Part shown: positions 12,803-29,415 of the stretch, piece after piece
How positions within the stretch are numbered: position 1 is the first letter of the stretch
Layout of the letters: each line of letters begins with the position of its first letter
Origin: the human T2T-CHM13v2.0 reference genome, Homo sapiens
DNA length: 64,000 bases
NCBI RefSeq assembly: GCF_009914755.1
Contig: NC_060939.1
Strand: one strand, 5' to 3'
The notes under the pieces: generated by a model
Database searches by the model: none
The model's input: only the letters and a program-made list of their open reading frames with translations
What the model was told of the DNA's origin: nothing
Program-made: the position numbers and the translations under genes

Positions 12803-13409
12803 AAAGTATAATAAAATACATTTTTGCTATTGTTACTTTGAACAAACTGTTATCTGTTAGATAAATTAATAAGAAAAACAAAAGTTTTTATTTTGCCTTC
12901 ACTTTTTCCTTCTTCAGTGGTTCTTTCTTTAATTTAGATATGACTTTCAACCTGTATCGTTTCCCTTTTTTTAAAGAACTTCTTTTAACATTTTTTCAAG
13001 GCAGGTCTGCTTGAAACAAATTTCTTCAATTTTTGCCTGAGAATGTATTTTTTTTCCTTGTCTTTTGAAGGATGATTTCAATAATTCTAGATTTGTGACT
13101 TTCTCTCTCAACACTAATTATTTTACTCTACTCTTTTTGCTTGCATGATTTCATGTAAGTCAGATGTAATTCTTACCTTTTTGGTCCTCTAAAGGGAAGG
13201 GTTTTTTGTCTGCCTTTGGCTTCCTTCAGGATTTTATCTTTATCTTTGTTTATAGTTTGAAATGATATACTTAGATGTTGGATTTTTTTTCCCCCACATG
13301 TATCAGCTTGCTGTTTTCTGAGATTCCTGGATGTGTGGTTTGGTGTTTGACACTAATTTGGGGAAATTCTCAATCATTGTTTCAAATACTTCTGTTCCTT
13401 TCTCTACTT

Positions 13410-13750
13410 CAACAGTCCCCAACCTTTTTGACACCAGGGACCTGTTTTGTGGAAGACAATTTTTCCATAGACTGTCGGGGGCCATGGTTTTGGGATGAAA
13501 CTGTTCCACCTCAGATTGTCAGGCATTCATTAGATTCTCATAAGGAGCGTGCAACCTAGATCCCTTGCATGTGAAATTCACAATAGGGTTTGTGTTCCTG
13601 TAAGAATGTCACGCTGCCGCTGATCTGACCGGAGGCGGAGCTCAGGCAGTAATGCTCCCTGACCTGCCCCTCACCTCCTGGTGTGTGGCCCAGTTCCTAA
13701 CAGTCCAGGTGACAGGTACTGGCCTGTGGCCTGGGGGTTGGGGAACCCTG
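13410..13750 (+). mobile_element. MER1B hAT-Charlie DNA transposon inserted in L1 ORF1 region
   Basis: TIRs ca..gtccccaacc / ggttgggaaccctg; perfect 8-bp TSD CTCTACTT at 13402-13409 and 13751-13758; ~340 bp. Confidence 0.92.
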
Positions 13751-16339
13751 CTCTACTTCTTCTCCTTCTCGCATTCCCATCACACATATGTTACACCATT
13801 TGTAATTGTCCCACAATCCTTGGATATTCTATTCTGTTGTTTTCAGTCTTTGTTCTCTTTGCTTTTCAGTTTTCAAAATTTCGATTGATATTCCTCATAC
13901 TAGGGATTCTTTCCTCAGCTGTATCCAACCTACTAGTAAGCCCATCAAATATATTCTTTATTTTTGTTACATTATTTTTGATTGCTGGAATTTCTTTTTG
14001 GTTATGTCTTAGGAGTTCCATCTCTGTGCTTACATTGTTTAACTGTTCTTGCATGATGTCTGCTTTTTCCATTAGAGCCTTTAGCTTATTAATCATAGTT
14101 GTTGTAAATTCTGATCTGATAATTCCAATACTGCTGCTATGTCTGGTACTAATGCATGTTCTGTCTCTTCAAATTGTGTTTTTTGTTTGTTTTTTGCCTT
14201 TTAGTATGCTTTGTAATTTTTTCTTGATTGGTGGCTGTGATGTACCAGGTAAAAGGAACTGCTGTAAATTAATGTTACTAATGTAGTGTTAAGGTGTGGA
14301 GGGAGGGGAAGCATTCTATACTCCTATGATTAGGTCTCAGTTTTTTAGTGAGCCTTTCCCTCTGGACACGAACTTCATAGGTGTTTCTCAGTTTGTTTCT
14401 CCCCACTTGAGTGCGATAGGATGGCTAGAGTGGGTGGAGTTCAGTATTTCCCTTCCCTTGTGTCAGGTAAGCTCTCATAATACCCCGGAGGGTTAGACTC
14501 TGGTTAATTCATTTCTCCTGATGGCAGGCCTTATTAAAAACAACAGAAAATTCTGGCACATTTCCAAGTGGTTTCTTTCACTTCCCTCTGGTGGAAGGAT
14601 GAGGGAACATTTCTTCAGTATTTCCTGTGGGAACCTGGTAGAGCTTCTGGAGGTAAATCTCATGATATTTGGGAACCCCCTATGATTGAATCCTTTTGGA
14701 ATTTTTAACTTTCAAAGTTGTACACACTGAGCCTCCAGGAATTTGCCAATTCCAGTTTCAGGTTTTCTTACTCTGCTGCTGGTTCCTGTGGTGGTTTTGC
14801 TGATTAGTCTCTGCTCTGGAAAGTCCTGGCTCTCTGTATGTCCCTGTTTGTCCCCCTAATCTTGAGAGCAGAAGTTCATCCTGTGTGTTCCCCTCTTAGC
14901 TGGGCTCCAAGAAGAGCTGTTGTTTTTCTAGTGTGTTCACCTTTTTACTTGTTAGGACAAAGTTCATTCTGAGCTTCTTGCATCAGGAACCAGGAACTGG
15001 ATCTAATAATGTTTTTATAAGATACATTTCTTAAAATGACAAAAGTAATATGTGTTTGTACAGGAGCTAAATTAAACAAACCAAAAAAAGAATCAAGAAG
15101 TTGAAAATCAAGGGGGTAAAAATCAGCACACACAAGGCATTCTGGCAGAGTTCATGCTATCTTTTCTTTATGTTTATAGATGTGTAGAGAAATATTTAAA
15201 TATTTAAAAGTTAAAAGGTATAAACATGATGTATGGTGCCTTAAGCAGTATTAACAGGCATTGATTTTAAAGTGGTACACTTAGGCCCATTAGTAAACAA
15301 ATACAGATTTTAAAATACATTTATATGTTTTCTTCATTAACTCTTACCATCACTGCATATTCAATCTATATTCCTTTTGTAATTTAAAAACCATTTTAAA
15401 AAATGTGTTTAAATGATTTATGATGATACTTATAAGTAACACATAGTTGGGTTTTTAAAAAAATTGAATTTGATAATCTTTGTATTTTAGTTATCCTTCA
15501 TGTGGTTACTGATCTATTTGGTTTTAAATCTATCCTTCACTGTTTACTTCCACTTACCCTTGTCTCTTCTATGTTCTTTTTTTCCTCTTTTTTCTTACAC
15601 TTTTCTGGATTAATTGCTCATTTTATATTATTCTAATTTTCTCTTCTATTAGTTTGTTAGTCATATTTCTTTCTTTTTGTCTTACAGTGGTTGATCTGGA
15701 GATTACAATAGGAATCCATGACTAAGTAAAGTCTAGTGAAAGTCGTCAACCTTTCTGTACAATGTGAGGACTTTACAACACTTTAATTCCATAATTCCAA
15801 TTTATCTACTGTTATTGTCATATATTTTATTTCTATAAATATATTTAAACCTTATAAGATTATAATTGTCTTTTACAGTCAGTATTCTTTTAGATTTACT
15901 CGTATATTTACCTTTTTTTGTTACTTTAATTCCTCCCTGTATCTTCTAACTTTCATCTGAGATAATTTTCCTTCTGCCCTTTAGACTTCTCTTTCATGAG
16001 AGTCTGGAAGTAGCACAATTTCTCCATGTTTGTTTCAAAACTTATTTATATTGCCTAATTTTTGTGTGATAATTCAGAAATACAGACTTTGTGTTGCCGG
16101 TTAGTTACAGCACTTTTATATACAGCATAGTGTCTATAGTCGATTACCCTAGTGTTTTCTGACTTCAGTACTTCTCTTAAGAGGTCAGCTGTATGCCTTA
16201 CTGTTGCTTCTCTGTTCTTGTTTTCTTTGGTCACTTTTAAATTTTATTCTTTGTCTTTGATTTTTAACAGTTTTGCTATGATAAGAATATGTTTCTGCTC
16301 TTTTGTTTTACCTGCTTGGGATTCAGAATGACTTATTGA

Positions 16340-16736
<397 letters not shown>

Positions 16737-16830
16737 TAGATATTTCTTTAGATATGGCTTCTGCTCTATTTTTTCTGCCTTCCCTTTTTGGGACAATGAT
16801 TACATGTTCACCACAGCTTTCACTTTATCT

Positions 16831-17047
16831 CAGTGATTCTCAACCAGGGGCAGTGTCTCTCCCCAGGGAATATTTGGCATTATCTTGAAAAAATTTCAGT
16901 TGCCCCAACTGGGGAGAAAGATGCTACTGACACTTACAGGGAAGAGGCTAGGGATGCTACTAAATGACCTATAGTGCATAGGGTGACTCCTCAAGAAAAA
17001 GAATTATCTGGCCCCCAATTTCAACAGTGCTGAGATGGAGAAGACTA
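16831..17047 (+). mobile_element. MER20 hAT-Charlie DNA transposon
   Basis: cagtgattctcaaccagggg...gggatgctactaaa...aagaattatctggccc...agtgctgag, matching MER20 layout; ~217 bp. Confidence 0.88.
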
Positions 17048-17701
17048 ATTTATTCCATATGCCTCCTATTCTTTGCGGCAATTCCCATTACTTTGTCTCT
17101 CCATGCTTCATCCGGTCCGTTTTCTGTTGACATATATTCAATATTCAGTCCTTGAATTCTCTCATTGTGTCTATCTGTTGTTAGTCCCATTTATCGACTC
17201 CTTTTTAAAGTTTCAGATATTGCATGCTTTAGTGTTAAGAGTTTCCTTTTGGTTCTTACGATGTTTTCTAGCTCTCAAGCTTGTTCTGATTTTCTTCAAA
17301 TATATTAATAAGACTTTTTTTTATAGTCCCTGTCTGATAATTCCATTCTTAAGACACTTTGTGCCTCTGTTTTTATTAGTGATGGCTCTTTTTGCTTTTC
17401 TGTTACATGGTCTGTGCTCCTTCTGAGCCTGGTTGTGTTTGTAGTTTGTCCCAGACAATGTATGGGAAAAATGGTAGAGATGAGAGAACGGAGAACACTT
17501 TTACTCCTGTTAATATTTGCTTCTGACAACAGCCACCCCATGGGTACCAGCAACCACACATAACCTTAATTAGATTAGGGATTGAGAAGATACGAAGATG
17601 GGCTTCAGTCCCTTTAAGCGCTGGTTTGTTTCTGGTTCTTGCATATACATTCTAGGGCATAAATACAGAGAATTTACTAGAGTCTTCTCTCTCTTCAATA
17701 A

Positions 17702-17842
<141 letters not shown>

Positions 17843-18046
17843 TAATATTTTAAGTTTTAGGGTACATGTGCACAACGTGCAGGTTTGTTACATATGTATA
17901 CATGTGCCATGCTGGTGTGCTGCACCCATTAACTCGTCATTTAGCATTAGGTATATCTCCTAATGCTATCCCTCCCCCCTCCCCCCACCCCACAACAGTC
18001 CCCAGAGTGTGATGTTCCCCTTCCTGTGACCATGTGTTCTCATTGT

Positions 18047-21863
<3,817 letters not shown>

Positions 21864-21911
21864 TTATTTTGCTTGTTAGTTGATGCAGTTTCTTCCTAGT
21901 CTCCATGGTCT

Positions 21912-22927
21912 TTACATTTTGGCATGATTTTGCAGCGGCTAGTACCGGTTGTGCCTTTCCATGTTTAGTGCTTCCTTCAGGAGCTCTTTTAGGGCAGGCC
22001 TGGTGGTGACAGAATCTCTCAGCATTTGCTTGTCTGTAAAGTATTTTATTTCTCCTTCACTTATGAAGCTTAGTTTGGCTGGATATGAAATTCTGGGTGA
22101 AAATTCTTTTCTTTGAGAATGTTGAATATTGGCCCCCACCCTCTTCTGGCTTGTAGAGTTTCTGCCGAGAGATCCGCTGTTAGTCTGATGGGTTTCCCTT
22201 TGTGGGTAACCCGACCTTTCTCTCTGGCTGCCCTTAACGTTTTTTCTTTCATTTCCACTTTGGTGAATCTGACAATTATGTGTCTTGGAGTTGCTCTTCT
22301 CGATGAGTATCTTTGTGGTGTTCTCTGTATTTCCTGAATGTGAATGTTGGCCTGCCTTGCTAGATTGGGGAAGTTCTCATGGATGATATCCTGCAGAGTG
22401 TTTTCCAACTTGGTTCCATTCTCCCCGTCACTTTCAGGTACACCAATCAGATGCAGATTTGGTCTTTTCACATAGTCCCATATTTCTTGGAGGCTTTGTT
22501 CGTTTCTTTTTATTCTTTTTTCTCTAAACTTCCCTTCTCACTTCATTTCATTCATTTCATCTTCCATCGCTGATACCCATTCTTCCAGTTGATCGCATCG
22601 GCTCCTGAGGCTTCTGCATTCTTCATGTAGTTCTCGAGCCTTGGCTTTCAGCTCCATCAGCTCCTTTAAGAACTTCTCTGTATTGGTTATTCTAGTTATA
22701 CATTCGTCTAAATTTTTTTCAAAGTTTTCAACTTCTTTGCCTTTGGTTTGAATTTCCTCCTGTAGCTCGGAGTAGTTTGGTCGTCTGAAGCCTTCTTCTC
22801 TCAACTCGTCAAAGTCATTCTCCATCCAGCTTTGTTCCGTTGCTGGTGAGGAACTGCCTTCCTTTGTAGGAGGAGAGTCGCTCTGCTTTTTAGAGTTTCC
22901 AGTTTTTCTGTTCTGTTTTTTCCCCAT
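21912..22927 (-). pseudogene. L1 ORF1 (RNA-binding protein), disrupted
   Basis: MGKKQNRKTGNSK.. start; TGA after MNEMK (22538-22540); frameshift near 22100; TAG after ERHNRY (21939-21941). Confidence 0.93.
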
Positions 22928-23510
22928 CTTTGTGGTTTTATTTACTTTTGGTCTTTGATGATGGTGATGCACAGATGGGTTTTTGGTGTGGATGTCCTGT
23001 CTGTTTGTTAGTTTTCCTTCTAACAGACAGGACCCTCAGCTGCAGGTCTGTTGGAGTTTGCTAGAGGTCCACTCCAGACCCTGTTTGCCTGGGTATCAGC
23101 AGCGGTGTCTGCAGAACCGCGGATTTTCATGATCCGCGAATGCTGCTGTCTGATCGTTCCTCTGGAAGTTTTGTCTCAGAGGAGTACCCGGCCGTGTGAG
23201 GTGTCAGTCTGCCCCTACTTGGGGGTGCCTCCCAGTTAGGCTGCTCGGGGGTCAGGGGTCAGGGACCCACTTGAGGAGGCAGTCTGCCCGTTCTCAGATC
23301 TCCAGCTGTGTGCTGGGAGAACCACTGCTCTCCTCAAAGCTGTCAGACAGGGACATTTAAGTCTGCAGAGGTTACTGCTCTCTTTTTGTTTGTCTGTGCC
23401 CTGCCCCCAGAGGTGTAGCCTACAGAGGCAGGCAGGCCTCCTTGAGCTGTGGTGGGCTCCACCCAGTTGGAGCTTCCTGGCTGCTTTGTTTACCTAAGCG
23501 AGCCTGGGCA

Positions 23511-23849
23511 ATGGCGGGCGCCCCTCCCCCAGCCTTGCTGAAGCCTTGCAGTTTGATCTCAGACTGCTGTGCTAGCAATCAGCGAGACTCCGTGGGCGTA
23601 GGACCCTCCGAGCCATGTGCGGGATATAATCTCCTGGTGTGCCGTTTCCGAAGCCCGTCAGAAAAGCGCAGTATTGGGGTGGGAGTGGCCCGATTTTCCA
23701 GGTGCCGTCTGTCACCCCTTTCCTTGACCAGGAAAGGGAACTCCCCTGACCCCTTGCGCTTCCCGAGTGAGGCAATGCCTCGCCCTGCTTCGGCTGGTGC
23801 ATGGGGCGCTGCACCGACTGTGCTGCGCCCACTGTCTGGCACTCCCTAG
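23511..23849 (+). CDS. L1 ORF0 (antisense-promoter ORF), open and extended to 112 aa; expression unproven
   Basis: gcaATGG Kozak; [35 protein letters not shown]...RFSRC matches primate ORF0; no stop until TAG 23847-23849. Confidence 0.6.
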   Translation: MAGAPPPALLKPCSLISDCCASNQRDSVGVGPSEPCAGYNLLVCRFRSPSEKRSIGVGVARFSRCRLSPLSLTRKGNSPDPLRFPSEAMPRPASAGAWGAAPTVLRPLSGTP

Positions 23850-23961
23850 TGAGATGAACCTGGTAGCTCAGATAGAAATGCAGGAATCACCCGTCTTCTG
23901 CATTGCTCAGGCTGGGAGCTGTAGACCGGAGCTGTTCCTATTTGGCCATCTTGGCTCCTCC

Positions 23962-24160
<199 letters not shown>

Positions 24161-24449
24161 TCAAAATTTTCCACTTTTCTCTTAAGTTTGTCAAGGTTTG
24201 CTTAAAATTTTAGCCTCTTAAGCATTATTAAATAATCACCACAGGCTCTGGAAAGGTGGCCTCAAATCTTGGTATTCTCTCAGGGCTCCCCTCCCTTCCT
24301 GGATCTTGTCCCTGCAATTCCTCACTGCTCTATTAGTATTCTGGTGCCCTTAAGCATGATTTTTTTTTTTTTTTCCCCAAGCTCTTCTAATTGTTCTCAC
24401 TGGAGAGTTGATGAGAACCACCTAGTTGATCATCACTGATAGCAGAACA

Positions 24450-25183
<734 letters not shown>

Positions 25184-27476
25184 TCTGTAATGCACCTTTA
25201 TAATTGATACCAATTTATTATGGTTGAAATTTTGTCTCCTAAAACCTGAAGAGGTTTAGGAGACAGAGCCCTGAAGAGGGCTGTGGGAGATAAACCCACA
25301 AAATTCTTTTAATCTGTATAGACTGAGAATTGTAAGCACTTTTACTAAAGGAATCTTTCTTGTAAATGTTGCCTTTCAAGGCTACCACTGAAGATATTCC
25401 CTGAAGGGTTCAGCTCTCTCAGAGCTTCTCGTTTCATCTTTGACATGCTGTTAAAGGAAGAGAAATAGTCTTGTCATGGAGGAAGGCCAACGAAAATCTC
25501 TGCTGCCTTATTGATTTATTTTTAAAATCAGGATTAGGTAGTGTTTTACTCCTCCTCAAAGAAGAGGGAAGTCATTTGGCATCTTCTAATTGCAGTTCCC
25601 ATGCTCTTAATTTCAGTGATTTCCTTATTCAGTTAACATCAGTTATAAACCGTTATAGCCAAAGAAATTCAAAAAGTATTGTAAAATAGTATGTACTTGG
25701 GCATATTTATGTGTGTGTAAATGCACACTCAGTCACACACACCCCTGTTATCCTTAGCTCTCCTTGTTGATTTTATTTTTGATATCTCAAGACAAGGTAT
25801 CATGTACTATGCTAATTAAGTTTCCAAGATCTAAAGCTTGAAGATACCGCAGAGGCCTTGGAGTCACAGCTCCCAGGTAGCCAAAACAATGGACTGAAAC
25901 TAATAAGAAATTAAGCAATGAATTATACAAAATCTTGTATTATGGGTTAAAAATTAGTGCAGAAGAATGGGCTGTGGGAAAGGCCTGGATGTGTGGCTGA
26001 CTACTGGCTCTGCGTCAGCTCGTGGGTGTAGGAGCTGACCTGTCTAAGCTGTAGGTGGCAGTGGACGAGGAGTAGGAAATTGCAGTTGTCATGGTTAATG
26101 AATGCCACCTGTGAGAGATTCTCAGCATGGGAAATTTACTCTTGCATCATTGGAAGTGAATTGTCTGTAAATATTCCTGTCTTGGATAAAAGAGCCATGG
26201 TGTCTATACTCTGGGGAGAGGACTTAGAGAGGGAGGAGAACTTATTTACTTTATTTTGTGGAGAGAAGGCACGTGTTAGGCTAACTCTTTAGTTGGTTTC
26301 AAATTTCAGGATTGTTAAATGAGTTTATAATCTAAAGTATCTATTTTAAGAAGTCCACACAGAGAAGATATTATGATCAGAGATTTAGATTAAGCAAATT
26401 AGGGTAAGGCTGCTCACTGATTGCCAAAGTATATTTCATTAAGTGCAAATGGATGAAATTTACAATTGAAATCACTAGTCAGGAAACAGTTTGTTTAAGT
26501 TCTCCATTAAGAAGTTTTATTGTCATTTGAAGTAACCTTTAACACACTGTGTTAAAGGTCTCTCGTAGAGAGACACACATCTTATTTTGGAAGTTATTCT
26601 TTAACCCTATTCTAAAACTTTAAATTGTAGTAGAGTAGATATACACTAATGTGGCACGATATCAAAACCAATTCAGTGGGTTACCACAAAGTGAACCCCG
26701 TTAAGCTGTCACCACCCAATACAGACCTTCGCTCCTCCAGAGCTAAACTGTTTGCCTTACTTCAAACACCAAAGTCTAGTTTTGCCCTTCTCTGGAACTC
26801 TGTATAAGAGGAATCACCCAAGCACACAGCGTGCGTTCTTTGGGATCTGGCTTTTTTGGTTCATTTTTATTTTTGTGAGCCACCCAAGTTGTTGTCTGTA
26901 GCTCTTCTTTCTTCATTTCTATTGTATGAATATAACAACATGTATTATTATATTGATGGCTATTTAGATTTCTTCTAGATTTTGTCTGCTTTCAAGAACA
27001 CTTCAAGGAATGTGTTACATGTCTTCTGACGGACAGGAGTATGCATTTCTCTCTGATACAGACGTAAAAGTAGATTGGCGGGGCCATAGGGCAGCGTGTT
27101 TTTAACTTTTCTGGATGATGCTAAACAATTTTCAAAATGGTTATACCAATTAGCATTCCCACCAGCAGTGTATGAAAATTCTTGTTGCTCTACATACTCA
27201 CCAACGCTTGGCATTTTTAGTCTATTAAATTTACCATTCTAGTGGGTGTGGAGTGACATTTTCTTGTGATTTTAATTAGCATTTCCCTGATTACAGCTAA
27301 GGTTGAGGAGATTTTCATTTTTTTATTTTCCATTTTGATATATTATTTTGAGAAGTGTCTAATCGTGTCTCTTTACTATTTCTCTCTCTCTTTTTTTTTT
27401 GTTTTGTGTTGGTTTGTTTTCTTCTTTATTGATTTGTATGAGTTTTTCTGTATTACAGATATAAACCCGTAGTCAT

Positions 27477-27854
27477 TGTCTTTGTTTTGTGCTGTTATAA
27501 CAGACTGGAGACTGGGTAATTTATTAAAAATAGAAATTTATTTCTCATAGTTCTGGGGATGGTAAAGTCTGATATCAAGGTGCCAGTATCTGGCATATCT
27601 TGCTGCTTCACAATGTGGTGGAAGGCATCACATGGCAGAAGGGCAAAGAGTGGGTGTGAGAGAGAGAGAGCAAGAGGGCTAAACCTGCTCCCTTCATAAT
27701 GAACCCACTCCCAAGGTAACTGCATTAGTCCATTCAGGAGGGTGGGGCCTTCATGACCTAAGCATCTCTTATAGGTTCTGTCTCCCAATACCATCCTAGT
27801 GGAAATTAAATTTCAGCATGAGTTTTGGAGGGGTCAAACATTCAAACCATTGCA
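27477..27854 (-). mobile_element. MaLR solo LTR (MST/MLT1A type)
   Basis: tgtc...gactgggtaatttat...atttctcatagttctgg...catgagttttggagggg..aaacattcaaaccattgca; TSD-like gtcat/gttat. Confidence 0.85.
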
Positions 27855-27857
27855 GTT

Positions 27858-28191
<334 letters not shown>

Positions 28192-29021
28192 TTAGACTCT
28201 TTGGCTTATTGTTTTACTTTTTGACATTCTTTCTTTTCTCCTTTTGTAAACTTTCAATTGAAGTATGACATGCTTACAGATTAATGGTGTCTTTTGGTGA
28301 ACAGAAATTCTTAATTTTAGTGTGGCCTAGTTTAGAAATCCTTTCTTCTACATTTAGTGCTTACAGTGTCATATTTTAAAAGTCTTTCCCTTCCCCAAGT
28401 TCATGAAGATATTTTTCTGTATTTTTTAGAAGCTTTCCATTGTTGTTTTAGTGAATTTTTGTTACTGTTTTACCTCTCATGTTTGTTTATAACCCACCTA
28501 GAATTGATTTTTGTGTATAAAGTGTATCACTTTTAAGCAGTTTTATGGAAATTGGACTGGTGACTAATTTATTTTGTTTTTCAAGAGTTGTGAAAGGGTT
28601 GTTAGTGGAATTAATGCATGATTGTTTAACTGTATCACATTTGGACATTGTATTGTCCACTATGCCTGTGCCCTAATGGACATTTTAATTATTTAATGTG
28701 TGTATGATATGAAAATAATGTATGGGTAATGGAAATTTTTAATATTTAAAAATGTTGACATCACACACATTATTTACAAAGTCAGTAGTAAAGAAGGGCT
28801 TATGAGAAGCCCTAGCCCCTGGCCCCAGGTTTCCCATCACCATCCTAAGACAGGTACTTTTAACAGGCTCTGTTTCAGGTCATCACTCATATTTTAACAT
28901 TCTGCTTATGTTTCTATTTCTTGATTGATTAAAATATCAAATTCTCTGGACCTTTACTGAAATTAAAATGCCTTTAATTAAATATCTTCAGTATGGATGT
29001 TCTTATTTTTAGGAGGGATTT

Positions 29022-29415
29022 TGTTAACAAAGAAAACATTAGGCAAATTCAATTTAGCAGACGTTATATGAGCAAAGAACAATTCATGAATCAAGCAGCA
29101 CTCAGGACCAGAAGAGGTTCAGAGAGCTTGACTCAGTAGTGTGAGCAACCAGCTTTTATAGGCTGAACACAGAAGCAAATTAGATAATCTGATTGGCTAC
29201 CACTAGGCACTTGTCTTACTTGGCATGGGGTGATGAATTGGCTGCCTGTGATTGGCTGAAATCTAGCTGTTCATGGTTAGCTGAAACTCTGCTGTTATAG
29301 TCCTAAGTTAGGTTTTGGTTTGTTTGCTTAATAAATTAGGTTGCCTTTGTTAAGTAGGAACTCAAAGATGGGAGATAGTCTCCAGCCAGTGGCCTTCTGC
29401 TTATTTCATTTAGCA
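29022..29415 (-). mobile_element. ERV1 solo LTR (MER57/MER93 group)
   Basis: TG...CA termini, 4-bp TSD-like attt/gttt, repeated ATTGGCT boxes; subfamily from memory. Confidence 0.7.

Larger units (their letters stand above)
7925..15000 (-). mobile_element. Ancient near-full-length L1 (L1MC1/2-like): 3'UTR, decayed ORF2 and ORF1, 5'UTR
   Basis: 3'UTR gagcagttttagcttcacagcaaaa...; ORF2 remnants (10785-11111 GPEGLTGE..FYEACITLI; 11626-11826); ORF1 coiled-coil remnant 13866-14096 (FDGLTSRLDTAEERI). Confidence 0.88.

Noticed and set aside
13681-14286. 201-aa hydrophobic ORF resembling a membrane protein
   Set aside because: It is the T-rich antisense strand of L1 ORF1 plus the MER1B end; such frames are routinely Phe/Leu/Ile-rich
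24405-24422. gatgagaacca resembling the start of CHRNA7 exon 3
   Set aside because: No acceptor AG in place and the sequence does not continue as DEKNQVLTTN
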